A stretch of 43,205 nucleotides of DNA from an uncultured Gammaproteobacteria bacterium (lineage in GTDB: Bacteria > Patescibacteriota > Patescibacteriia > Patescibacteriales > UBA12465): contig CAZMKG010000003.1 in NCBI GenBank assembly GCA_964567015.1, forward strand, positions 12,825-56,029. Reading direction: 5' to 3'. The translations under genes were made by a program, and so were the position numbers. Under the pieces are notes generated by a model. The model did not search any database. It saw nothing but the letters and a program-made list of their open reading frames with translations, and was not told the DNA's origin. Of the stretch, positions 26,095 through 34,026 are shown piece by piece. The stretch's first letter is position 1, and every line of letters starts with the position of its first letter.

Positions 26095-27615
26095 ATGTCC
26101 GGCCGTCAAATAAAATTAAAGTTTTTTGTTTTCTTAGTTAGCTTGGCGGCCGGCGCTTCTTTTTTTTGTTTTTCTTCGCCTGCCGATGCTTCCTCCGGTC
26201 TAAGCGGCCGGATACTTATTCAAGTTCAAGATAAAGGTCAAGCCTGGTATGTTAATCCGACGGATAATAAACGCTATTACCTTGGCCGTCCGGAAGACGC
26301 CTATGCGGTTATGCGCGCCTTCGGTTTGGGAGTTTCCAATGCCGATTTTGATTATTATTTAGGAAAAGCGCCGGCTCGATTAGCCGGTCGTATTTTACTT
26401 AGAGTTCAGGATAAAGGCCAAGCTTATTATGTCGATCCGGTAAAACTCAATTTACATTATCTCGGCCGTCCGGCCGATGCGTTTAATGTGATGAGAACTT
26501 TTGGTCTCGGAATAACCGATAACGATTTATTAAAAATTGCCATCGGAGAGACCGGTACAGGCGCCGCCGATAAAGAGAGCGTCCTCGAAAACGTTTCAGC
26601 GGCGGAAGAAAGCAATTTTTTAAGAAAATTTTTGTTTAAATATAAAAATAATAATTACGAATTGAGTTATTCATTTTCTCCGAAATTATACGCCGCCTAC
26701 AAGACTTCCAGTAAAGTTTATACCTACACGTCCGTGTCCGGAAAATTAGAAAGCGATATTAGGGATGAATTTTATGGTCTTTTTTTAAAGATAAGGAATG
26801 ATGATTATACTATTGATTCAATAATCGCCCAGCTTAGAGAGATGGCAGTGATAAATAAGTGGACGGATGATGAGTTACTTGAAGCGGCCGTCGCCCTTGT
26901 CCAATATATTCCCTATGATGATGTAAAAATAGTGAATAATCCTCAAGCCAATAATAATCCCTATTTTCCTTACGAGACTTTGTATCTTGATAAAGGGGTT
27001 TGTTCCGATAAGACTTTTTTGGCTGTGGCCATATTGCGCCGATTGGGCTATGGCGCCGCGATTTTGGATTTTCCCGATCGTAACCATACCGCCTTGGGCG
27101 TCGCTTGCCCGACAGAACATTCTCTTAACGGCTCCGGTTATTGCTATGTCGAGACAACTAATTATTTTCCTTTTGGGATTATCCCGCAAAGTATTAATGA
27201 TGGCTTAGCGCAGAGTTCGGACGGTTTTTCCGATATGTTTAATGTTCAGAATCTCGGCGCGGTTGAGATTTATCAGAAAACAAGCGGTAAAACATATCAA
27301 GGGTTATCCGTTATTTATTCCCGCGTAGCCGATTTAAGGGCGATTAAAAATGAGTTAGATGCCTTGAACGTGGCAATCGAAGAAATGAATATCTCTTTAA
27401 AAAATAAAGAAAGTGAAATAACGGCTATGAGGGAAAAAATTGACGGCTATTACAATAACGGACAGATTGATGAATATAATAATCTGGTTCCGATTTTTAA
27501 TTCTTTAGTTAGTGTTTATAATAATGAGCTAACCGCCTATAAAGAAAAAGTGAGTGAATATAATTCTCGGGCAAGCGCGCTTAATCTCGCGGTTAAAAGT
27601 TTTTACCAAAAATAA
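26095..27615 (+). CDS. Secreted protein: signal peptide, two about 50-aa repeats, a transglutaminase-like Cys-protease core and a C-terminal coiled coil
   Basis: Signal peptide ending SSPADA. Repeats GRILxxVQDKGQAxYVxP...YLGRPxDAxxVMRxFGLG. Core GVCSDKTFLAVAILRRLGYGAAIL...NHTALGV (Cys and His). Heptad-like C-terminal 100 aa. Confidence 0.8.
   Translation: MSGRQIKLKFFVFLVSLAAGASFFCFSSPADASSGLSGRILIQVQDKGQAWYVNPTDNKRYYLGRPEDAYAVMRAFGLGVSNADFDYYLGKAPARLAGRILLRVQDKGQAYYVDPVKLNLHYLGRPADAFNVMRTFGLGITDNDLLKIAIGETGTGAADKESVLENVSAAEESNFLRKFLFKYKNNNYELSYSFSPKLYAAYKTSSKVYTYTSVSGKLESDIRDEFYGLFLKIRNDDYTIDSIIAQLREMAVINKWTDDELLEAAVALVQYIPYDDVKIVNNPQANNNPYFPYETLYLDKGVCSDKTFLAVAILRRLGYGAAILDFPDRNHTALGVACPTEHSLNGSGYCYVETTNYFPFGIIPQSINDGLAQSSDGFSDMFNVQNLGAVEIYQKTSGKTYQGLSVIYSRVADLRAIKNELDALNVAIEEMNISLKNKESEITAMREKIDGYYNNGQIDEYNNLVPIFNSLVSVYNNELTAYKEKVSEYNSRASALNLAVKSFYQK
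26200..26529 (+). repeat. Intragenic tandem duplication (two about 150-nt units, 180-nt period)
   Basis: Residues 36-85 and 96-145 of the 506-aa protein align without gaps, with many identities. Confidence 0.8.
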
Positions 27616-27619
27616 AAAA

Positions 27620-27650
27620 CCGATAAGTGTGAAACTTACCGGCCTTTATT
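27620..27650. terminator. Bidirectional terminator between convergent genes
   Basis: CCGATAAGT-GTGAA-ACTTACCGG forms a 9-bp stem with one mismatch, flanked by an A-run upstream and CCTTTATTTT downstream. Confidence 0.6.
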
Positions 27651-27674
27651 TTGAGACATTTTTCCATTTTCCTT

Positions 27675-28160
27675 TTACTCTTCGTAGCAACAAACGCAAG
27701 CATCATAAGATGAAACAGCAGCCATATTATTAAAAAACAGGAACATAAAGAGAACTAACCCAATTATCCCCGTGATTAATACCATAGCGTTGCCACCAAT
27801 GATGAGGAGCGGTATCGCCACCACGGTGGTTAGTAAGGATGCTATAATACTAATAACACAAGCATCAAATACTACTTGTGATATTCTCAGGAATCTCTCT
27901 TCTCGAAAACTTTCTGAATCATAATTATCTAAATTCAGAATAGCACCTGACATCGAGAAGTAAAACACTGCTATCCATACAAATGTAGAATCTATTTTTA
28001 AAATAGAAGCTATTAAATAAGCCAAGATAGCCGAAGCTAGAGAGATAAGGGCTTTGCCACCCCAGAATTCAGTCCAAAAAATTGATTTTAAGGACCTGAC
28101 TAATTTTATGGATTTTCTCCATAAAAGTTGAATTTTAAAGGACTTTTTCATTATTTTCAT
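27675..28160 (-). CDS. Hypothetical polytopic membrane protein (161 aa), compositionally atypical
   Basis: The ORF has about 4 TM helices and a Cys-rich C-terminus (YDACVCCYEE). It has its own promoter and terminator and is markedly depleted in CpG relative to its neighbours. Confidence 0.75.
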   Translation of the reverse strand: MKIMKKSFKIQLLWRKSIKLVRSLKSIFWTEFWGGKALISLASAILAYLIASILKIDSTFVWIAVFYFSMSGAILNLDNYDSESFREERFLRISQVVFDACVISIIASLLTTVVAIPLLIIGGNAMVLITGIIGLVLFMFLFFNNMAAVSSYDACVCCYEE

Positions 28161-28209
28161 TATTGTCAGTGTTAAGGGTTTATAATTTTTATTCCATTTC
28201 AGTTATTAA

Positions 28210-28238
28210 ATAATATCATTATTTCTATATAATGTCAA
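28210..28238 (-). promoter_or_regulatory. Sigma-70 promoter for the - strand membrane gene (TTGACA-17-TATTAT)
   Basis: The reverse complement of 28233-28238 is TTGACA, followed by a 17-nt spacer. The reverse complement of 28210-28215 is TATTAT. Confidence 0.55.
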
Positions 28239-28260
28239 GAAATTTTTTTCCCTTTTTGTA

Positions 28261-28289
28261 TTGACAATGTATCATTTTTTTTATATTCT
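28261..28289 (+). promoter_or_regulatory. Putative rpsB promoter (TTGACA with a weak -10)
   Basis: TTGACA at 28261-28266. The best -10 candidates are TATATT (15-nt spacer) or TATTCT (17-nt spacer). Confidence 0.35.
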
Positions 28290-28294
28290 TAATA

Positions 28295-28419
28295 GCAGAG
28301 GTTCATCCTCAAAAAGTGGCCTCTTTTTATTTACTAAATTATCATGTCTCTATGGCTCTAAGCCATTAATTTTCTTCCCTAATATTAGGGTAGGGAGACA
28401 GACGTAAAAAAGAAAAAAT
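28295..28419 (+). promoter_or_regulatory. Structured 5' leader of rpsB, a possible S2 autoregulatory element
   Basis: GAGG (28298-28301) can pair with CCTC at 28307 or at 28320, the latter followed by a U-tract. TGTCTC (28345-28350) pairs with GAGACA (28395-28400) and encloses the hairpins ATGGC-TCTAA-GCCAT and CCCTAATATTAGGG. Confidence 0.35.
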
Positions 28420-29115
28420 ATGCAAAAACTACCAAGTTTAGAAGAAATGTTAAAAGCCGGTGCCCATTTTGGCCACCGAACAAATCGTTGGCACCCGAAG
28501 ATGAAGCAATTTATCTTTACTTCAAAAAACGGTGTTTATATCATCGATTTGAAGAAAACCCAAGAACAGCTTGAAATCGCTTTGGATTTCATGACTAAAT
28601 TAGTCAGTGAAGGTAAAAATATTTTGTTTGTCGGCACAAAGAATCAGGTTTCCGAACCGCTTAAAAAGATGGCAATTGCCGTCGGCGAGCCGTATATTGT
28701 CGGTAAATGGTTAGGCGGTTATCTGACTAATTTTGCGGTTGTTAAAAAATCTGTTAAGAAATATTTGGATTTGATTGAAAAGAGAGAAACCGGAAAATTA
28801 GAGAAATATACAAAGAAAGAACGTTTGGACTTTGATCGTGAAATCAAAAAATTGGAAATGCGCGTCGGCGGTTTGACCAGTTTAAATAAGATGCCGGACG
28901 CCCTATTCGTTTGGGATACTAAAGAAGAAGAAACGGCCGTTAAGGAAGCTCAGCAAAAAAATATTCCGATTATCGCCGTTTGCGATACGAACGTCAATCC
29001 GGATGAAGTAACTTATGCTATTCCGGCTAACGACGATTCGACTAAGACTATAAAGATTATCTTAGACGCTATTTCCTCCGCGATTTCGGAGGCTAAAAAA
29101 AATATCAAAGCCTAA
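28420..29115 (+). CDS. rpsB: 30S ribosomal protein S2
   Basis: 231 aa with the GAHFGHRTNRWHPKM signature. Confidence 0.97.
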   Translation: MQKLPSLEEMLKAGAHFGHRTNRWHPKMKQFIFTSKNGVYIIDLKKTQEQLEIALDFMTKLVSEGKNILFVGTKNQVSEPLKKMAIAVGEPYIVGKWLGGYLTNFAVVKKSVKKYLDLIEKRETGKLEKYTKKERLDFDREIKKLEMRVGGLTSLNKMPDALFVWDTKEEETAVKEAQQKNIPIIAVCDTNVNPDEVTYAIPANDDSTKTIKIILDAISSAISEAKKNIKA

Positions 29116-29157
29116 ATCAATAGGTCTTGATTTGATTAAAATTAAAAATTCAAAAAT

Positions 29158-29952
29158 ATGGAACTTATAAAACAACTTCGCGAGATGACCGGCGCCGGTA
29201 TGGTTGATTGTCAAAAAGCTCTTAAAGAAGCCGATAATGATTTAGAAAAAGCCGTCGACATTTTACGCAAAAAAGGTATCGCTAAAGCCGCAAAAAGAAC
29301 CGATCGCGACACCAACGAAGGCGTAATTAAAGTTGGTGTTAACGCCGATAAAACCGAAGGCTATATTTTAGAAGTAAATTCCGAAACCGATTTTGTCGCT
29401 CGCAATGAAAAATTCCAAGCTTTTGTCGATTCTGTTATGGAATTGGTAAAAGCGCAAAAACCGGCTTCACTCGAAGCTTTATTGGGCTCGCACCTTTCCG
29501 TCGGAACTGTTCAAGAAGACTTGGATAATTTAAGCGGAACTATCGGCGAAAAATTAGGCATTAAACGTTTCGATATTGTAAGCGGCGCGACCGTGTCCGC
29601 TTATTCTCATTTAGGCGGGAAAATAGGCGTTTTAGTCGCTCTTGACCAACCGGGAAAGGAAGAATTGGCTAACGAGTTAGCGATGCAAATTACCGCCGCC
29701 AGTCCGAAATATTTAGTTCCTTCAGAAGTTGATCCGGCGGAGATGGATAGAGAAAAGGAAATCTATAAGGAACAATTGCTTAAAGAAGGAAAACCGGAGG
29801 CCATGGTTGATAAAATTGTCGAAGGCAAGATGAGCAAATATTATTCAGAAGTTTGTTTGGTTGAGCAGGAATATATTAAGGATGACAAGAAAAAAGTTAA
29901 AGATATTTTAGGCGGCGCAAATATTCTAAAATTTGTCCGCTACTCTCTATAA
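29158..29952 (+). CDS. tsf: Translation elongation factor Ts
   Basis: 264 aa with an N-terminal UBA-like MVDCQKALKEADNDLEKAVDILRKKG. It directly follows rpsB. Confidence 0.97.
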   Translation: MELIKQLREMTGAGMVDCQKALKEADNDLEKAVDILRKKGIAKAAKRTDRDTNEGVIKVGVNADKTEGYILEVNSETDFVARNEKFQAFVDSVMELVKAQKPASLEALLGSHLSVGTVQEDLDNLSGTIGEKLGIKRFDIVSGATVSAYSHLGGKIGVLVALDQPGKEELANELAMQITAASPKYLVPSEVDPAEMDREKEIYKEQLLKEGKPEAMVDKIVEGKMSKYYSEVCLVEQEYIKDDKKKVKDILGGANILKFVRYSL

Positions 29953-29958
29953 ATTAAT

Positions 29959-29988
29959 ATAAGCCGAGTAAAATCGGCTTATTATTTT
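29959..29988 (+). terminator. Intrinsic terminator after tsf, ending 1 nt before the next start codon
   Basis: ATAAGCCGA-GTAAAA-TCGGCTTAT forms a perfect 9-bp stem followed by TATTTT. The next ATG is at 29990. Confidence 0.7.
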
Positions 29989-29989
29989 C

Positions 29990-30802
29990 ATGGCATACGC
30001 GCAAGTACAATTTTCCCCCTGGGACAAAATTTATGATTTTGCTTTAGGAAAAACCGAAGCGGCCAGCGGCGATTTTGTGATTGTCGAAACCGAACTGGGT
30101 TTAGAACTGGGCAAAGTTTTAGCAATCATAAAAGAAAAAAGCCAGGAAGAAAATAAAAGAGAATTAAAACCGATAATACGCAAGGCTAGTTATGATGACG
30201 TGGCGTCTATGCCGAGTCCGGAAAAGAAAGAAGAGGCTTTGGAATTTTGTCGGGAAACAATCGAAAGATACGGACTGCCGATGAAGCTCGTCGATGTTCA
30301 TTTTTCTTTTGAAGGCAATAAAATGAATTTTGCCTTTATTTCCGACGGCCGCGTTGATTTTCGCGAACTCGTGAAAGAGTTAGCCGGACATTTCGGCGTC
30401 AATATCAGACTGACGCAGATCGGCACAAGAGACGAGGCGAAGATTACCGGCGATTGCGGACCTTGCGGACAGGAACTGTGTTGCCGTAAATTTTTAAGAG
30501 AATTTTCTTCGATTACTTCCGAGATGGCCGAAGCGCAACAAGTTGTTCATCGCGGTTCGGAAAGAATTTCGGGAATGTGCGGACGTTTGACGTGCTGCCT
30601 GTCTTATGAGTATGAAGGTTATAAGGAAATGGCGGGGCAGTTGCCGCCAATAGGGACGAGAGTCAATGTCGACGGGTCGCGCGGCGTAATCGTCGGGCAC
30701 CATATCCTGAAACAGACGGTTGATGTAAAATTAAACGCCGAGAAAGAAGGGGAGAGAGATACGATTATCGAAGTGGATATTAATCGAAATAAGAAGAAAT
30801 AA
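29990..30802 (+). CDS. PSP1 domain protein (RicT/YaaT-like)
   Basis: 270 aa with the Cys-rich PSP1 C-terminal signature (GDCGPCGQELCC ... GMCGRLTCCLSYE). Confidence 0.85.
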   Translation: MAYAQVQFSPWDKIYDFALGKTEAASGDFVIVETELGLELGKVLAIIKEKSQEENKRELKPIIRKASYDDVASMPSPEKKEEALEFCRETIERYGLPMKLVDVHFSFEGNKMNFAFISDGRVDFRELVKELAGHFGVNIRLTQIGTRDEAKITGDCGPCGQELCCRKFLREFSSITSEMAEAQQVVHRGSERISGMCGRLTCCLSYEYEGYKEMAGQLPPIGTRVNVDGSRGVIVGHHILKQTVDVKLNAEKEGERDTIIEVDINRNKKK

Positions 30803-30805
30803 AAT

Positions 30806-30840
30806 AACCGCCGGAAATCAAGCCGGCGGTTGTTTTTTTT
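30806..30840 (+). terminator. Strong intrinsic terminator
   Basis: AACCGCCGG-8 nt-CCGGCGGTT forms a perfect 9-bp stem followed by G and eight T. Confidence 0.85.
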
Positions 30841-30842
30841 AG

Positions 30843-30871
30843 TTGACAAAATACTAAATTTGCGGTAAAAA
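30843..30871 (+). promoter_or_regulatory. Putative hppA promoter (TTGACA-17-TAAAAA)
   Basis: TTGACA at 30843-30848 and TAAAAA at 30866-30871. This leaves a leader of about 95 nt. Confidence 0.45.
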
Positions 30872-30971
30872 AGTATGAAGGCTTTTTGCCTTTTATTATC
30901 ATAATTCTTTAACAATTATATATATTTTCGATTTAGTATTAACCAATTAGTATTCACCAAATTATTTTTTC

Positions 30972-33095
30972 ATGGAAAAGCTTAATTTGCTTATTACATT
31001 TATTACGTCCCTCGCCTCTTTGTCGATGGTAGTAATAATGTTCTCCTGGATTAAACGCCAGGCAGTAAAAGAACCCGAGCTTTTGGCAATTTCCGGAAAT
31101 ATCCGGAAAGGGGTTATGAGTTTTATTAAGAGGCAATATACCTCGGCTGGAAAGATTATTGGAGTAATTTTTCTGCTTTTGTTGTTTTTAGCCTATAAAG
31201 GCTTTATCAGTTTTTACACGCCGTTTGCCGTTATAACCGGTGCTTTCTTTAGCGCTTTATCGGCTTATCTTGGTTTGATGTCGGCGGTTCGCGCTAACGC
31301 GATTACTGCGCATTATACCAAATATGGATTGAATCCGGCGTTTAGAGCTGCTTTAAAAGGCGGAGCGGTCATGGGATTTTCGGTCTGCGGTTTTGGTTTA
31401 TTGGATCTGTCTTTCTGGTATTTCTTAATTACGATTTTCAATCCGGAAATGCCGACCAATGAACTTATGGGTATAATTACCAGCACCGTGATCACTTTTT
31501 CTTTCGGCGCCAGCTTCATGGCTTTCATGGCTCGTGTTGCCGGCGGTATTTTTACCAAGTCGGCCGATTTAGCGGCTGATATTGTCGGAAAGGGAGAACT
31601 CGAATTACCGGAAGACGATCCGCGCAATCCGGCGACTATCGCCGATAACGTCGGTGATAATGCCAGCGATGTTGCGGGTATGGGACAAGACTTGAATGAA
31701 TCGTATGTCGGCGGTAACGCTGCCGCTATGGAAGCGGGATTCCAGTCTTTGGGTTCGTATAATCTAGCCTTCGGTATTGCTATTAGCGCCGCGTTGCTGG
31801 TTATGGTGCCGCTCTCTATTTCTGCTATCGGTGTATTTGCTTCAATTATCGGTTTATTGAGTATAAGAACTAATAATTGTGAAAAGCTGTTAAAAAGCGT
31901 TAACCGCGGTATTTATCTTACTTCCGCCTTGATAGCCATTGGGTCAGCTTTTGTAATTTATTTTACATTTGGCTCGTTTGATCTCTGGTGGCCGGTTATT
32001 ATCGGACTCTTGACCGGTAACGGCATTGCTTTTGTCTCCGGATATTATACTTCGGCAGACTATAGGCCTGTAAAAAATTTGGCCTCAAAAGCGATTGGCG
32101 GACATGCTAATGTAGTTGTCGACGGTATATCGTTGGGCATGAAATCAGTTTTGGCGACAGGGATTATTTTAGTTCTTGGTATGTTAGCTGCTTTCTATAC
32201 GGCTGGTCATGGTGATTACGCAACCGGTATTTATGGAGTCAGTTTAGCTGCCGTATCTATGCTGGCGACTTTACCAATTACGCTAACGGTTGATGCTTTT
32301 GGTCCTATTTCTGACAACGCACAAGGGCTGATTGAGATGGCCGGTATACACGGTGAACGCGCTCGTATCGGAAATAGCCTTGATTCTTTGGGTAATACGA
32401 CAGCGGCGACGGGAAAAGGCTATGCTATCGGTTCGGCCGCTTTTGCCGCTATTGCTTTGATTAACGCTTTATGGCACACTATCGGAGTTTCTTTAGGAAA
32501 ATACGGCGTTGATTTGGCAAGTATTAATTTGAGTATTAACGACATTTGGATTGTTTCCGGTTTAATTCTCGGCGCGGCTGTGCCTTGGTTATTTTCAGCC
32601 AAGCTTTTAAAGGCAGTTGGCGATACGGCTTTTATAATGATTGAAGAGATTAAACGTCAGGTCAAAGAACTGGGAATCTTGGAGGGAAAGAATCCGCCTG
32701 ATTACCAGAAGTGTGTTGATATAAGCACGCTGGCAGCCCAAAAAAAATCCATCGCTCCGGCCATGCTTGTTATCTTCATTCCGCTTTTGGTTGCTGTTTT
32801 CGGCGGTCCGGCCATGATCCTTTCGTTTCTTCTTAGCGCTTTGGCTTCCGGTTTCTGCCAGGCTGTTTATATGGCTAACGCCGGCGGCGCTTGGGACAAT
32901 GCTAAGAAATATATTGAATCGGGAATGTTCGGCGGAAAAAATTCGCCGGCGCATAAGGCGGCGATTACCGGAGATATGGTCGGGGATCCTTTTAAGGATA
33001 CGGCCGGTCCGGCGCTTAACATTCTTGTTAAATTAATGGTGACGGTGTCGATTTTAACGGCGCCGCTTACCATGTATTTGCATTATTTAATTTAA
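30972..33095 (+). CDS. hppA: Membrane-integral ion-pumping pyrophosphatase (K+-dependent type)
   Basis: 707 aa and polytopic. Motifs IADNVGDNASDVAGMG, GNTTAATGKGYAIGSAA (Ala at the K+-dependence position) and DPFKDTAGPALN. Confidence 0.95.
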   Translation: MEKLNLLITFITSLASLSMVVIMFSWIKRQAVKEPELLAISGNIRKGVMSFIKRQYTSAGKIIGVIFLLLLFLAYKGFISFYTPFAVITGAFFSALSAYLGLMSAVRANAITAHYTKYGLNPAFRAALKGGAVMGFSVCGFGLLDLSFWYFLITIFNPEMPTNELMGIITSTVITFSFGASFMAFMARVAGGIFTKSADLAADIVGKGELELPEDDPRNPATIADNVGDNASDVAGMGQDLNESYVGGNAAAMEAGFQSLGSYNLAFGIAISAALLVMVPLSISAIGVFASIIGLLSIRTNNCEKLLKSVNRGIYLTSALIAIGSAFVIYFTFGSFDLWWPVIIGLLTGNGIAFVSGYYTSADYRPVKNLASKAIGGHANVVVDGISLGMKSVLATGIILVLGMLAAFYTAGHGDYATGIYGVSLAAVSMLATLPITLTVDAFGPISDNAQGLIEMAGIHGERARIGNSLDSLGNTTAATGKGYAIGSAAFAAIALINALWHTIGVSLGKYGVDLASINLSINDIWIVSGLILGAAVPWLFSAKLLKAVGDTAFIMIEEIKRQVKELGILEGKNPPDYQKCVDISTLAAQKKSIAPAMLVIFIPLLVAVFGGPAMILSFLLSALASGFCQAVYMANAGGAWDNAKKYIESGMFGGKNSPAHKAAITGDMVGDPFKDTAGPALNILVKLMVTVSILTAPLTMYLHYLI

Positions 33096-33136
33096 TAAAG
33101 GTAATTTCTTAAAAGAGGAATTATTTCATATTAAGA

Positions 33137-33162
33137 AGGAGTCTTTCGGGGCTCCTTTTTTT
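33137..33162 (+). terminator. Intrinsic terminator after hppA
   Basis: AGGAGTC-loop-GGCTCCT forms a stem with one G-U pair, followed by seven T. Confidence 0.75.
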
Positions 33163-33219
33163 CATGTCCAAAAATTTTATATTTTTAAAAATTAGGAGTA
33201 TAATACTAATAATAATTTA

Positions 33220-33684
33220 ATGTCAATTAATTTAACTCTTAATATTATGTCAACAACAAACGCAAAAAAGAAATCTAGCTCGAATGTCGGTTTAATCGGC
33301 GCGAGCATCGTCGGCTTGGCGGCCGCGGCCTATTTTTTCTTCGGCCCGAAAGGAAAGAAGAATCAAGAAGAAGTAAAAGCTTGGGCTTTGAAAATGAAAG
33401 CGGAAGTTATTAAAAAAATGAAAGAAGCTAAAGTGATGAGCGAGCCGGTTTATAATAAAATTGTCGACGCGGTGGCGGCCAAGTATAAAAAAGAGCTTAA
33501 GGCCAGCCCAAAAGAAGTTCAAAGTTTAGTTAAGGATTTAAAAGACCATTGGAAAATTATCGGACATTATGTGGAAACTTTAAAGCCGGTTGTCAAAAAG
33601 GGAATTAACAAGATTGCCAAAAAAAGCGGGTTAAAGGCGGTTAACAAGACTGCAAAACCGAAAACCAAATCAGCTTCAAAATAG
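33220..33684 (+). CDS. YtxH-like Lys-rich protein with one N-terminal TM helix
   Basis: GLIGASIVGLAAAAYFFFGPKGKKNQEEVK resembles the YtxH motif, and the rest is a Lys-rich helix. The start could instead be the ATG at 33247. Confidence 0.65.
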   Translation: MSINLTLNIMSTTNAKKKSSSNVGLIGASIVGLAAAAYFFFGPKGKKNQEEVKAWALKMKAEVIKKMKEAKVMSEPVYNKIVDAVAAKYKKELKASPKEVQSLVKDLKDHWKIIGHYVETLKPVVKKGINKIAKKSGLKAVNKTAKPKTKSASK

Positions 33685-33694
33685 GTTTATTTTT

Positions 33695-33728
33695 AAAAAA
33701 GCATGCCTTCCGGTATGCTTTTTGTTTT
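33695..33728 (+). terminator. Intrinsic terminator after the YtxH-like gene
   Basis: AGCATGCC-TTCC-GGTATGCT forms an 8-bp stem with one G-U pair, followed by TTTTGTTTT. Confidence 0.75.
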
Positions 33729-33731
33729 AGG

Positions 33732-33758
33732 AAAAAGGGTATCACCGAAGTGATACCC
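33732..33758 (-). terminator. Intrinsic terminator for the - strand small-ORF transcript
   Basis: GGGTATCAC-CGAA-GTGATACCC forms a perfect 9-bp stem. On the - strand it is followed by UUUUU. Confidence 0.75.
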
Positions 33759-33764
33759 AATTTT

Positions 33765-33917
33765 TTATATTGAGACTTGATTTAACGAATCTTGGAGAAG
33801 AGTTAGAACTCTGACCAAAATTTGATTAATCAAGTCGCCTACTTCCTGAGGCATGGCCCATTTTAATATTAGGATTAAAATGATTAAGCCGATCAGACTG
33901 TCTAACACTTTAAACAT
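33765..33917 (-). CDS. Small hydrophobic protein (50 aa), below the ORF-track cutoff
   Basis: My own translation is MFKVLDSLIGLIILILILKWAMPQEVGDLINQILVRVLTLLQDSLNQVSI. The ORF is flanked by a promoter-like element upstream and a perfect hairpin terminator downstream. Confidence 0.45.
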   Translation of the reverse strand: MFKVLDSLIGLIILILILKWAMPQEVGDLINQILVRVLTLLQDSLNQVSI

Positions 33918-34026
33918 ATGTTTGTTTAATTAATTAGGCCCGAGCGACTGACTCCCGGGCTTCTAGTTTTTTATAAAATAGAAACTCGCGGAGTTTGGCT
34001 TTCCTCATATTTTTAAAGAACATTAT

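Noticed and set aside
30874-30905. 9-codon mini-ORF (MKAFCLLLS) and AAGGC-TTTTT-GCCTT hairpin in the hppA leader
   Set aside because: The ORF is very short, the stem is weak (5 bp), and nothing else supports it. This contrasts with the SIMPL leader ORF, which is backed by a 17-nt exact duplication.
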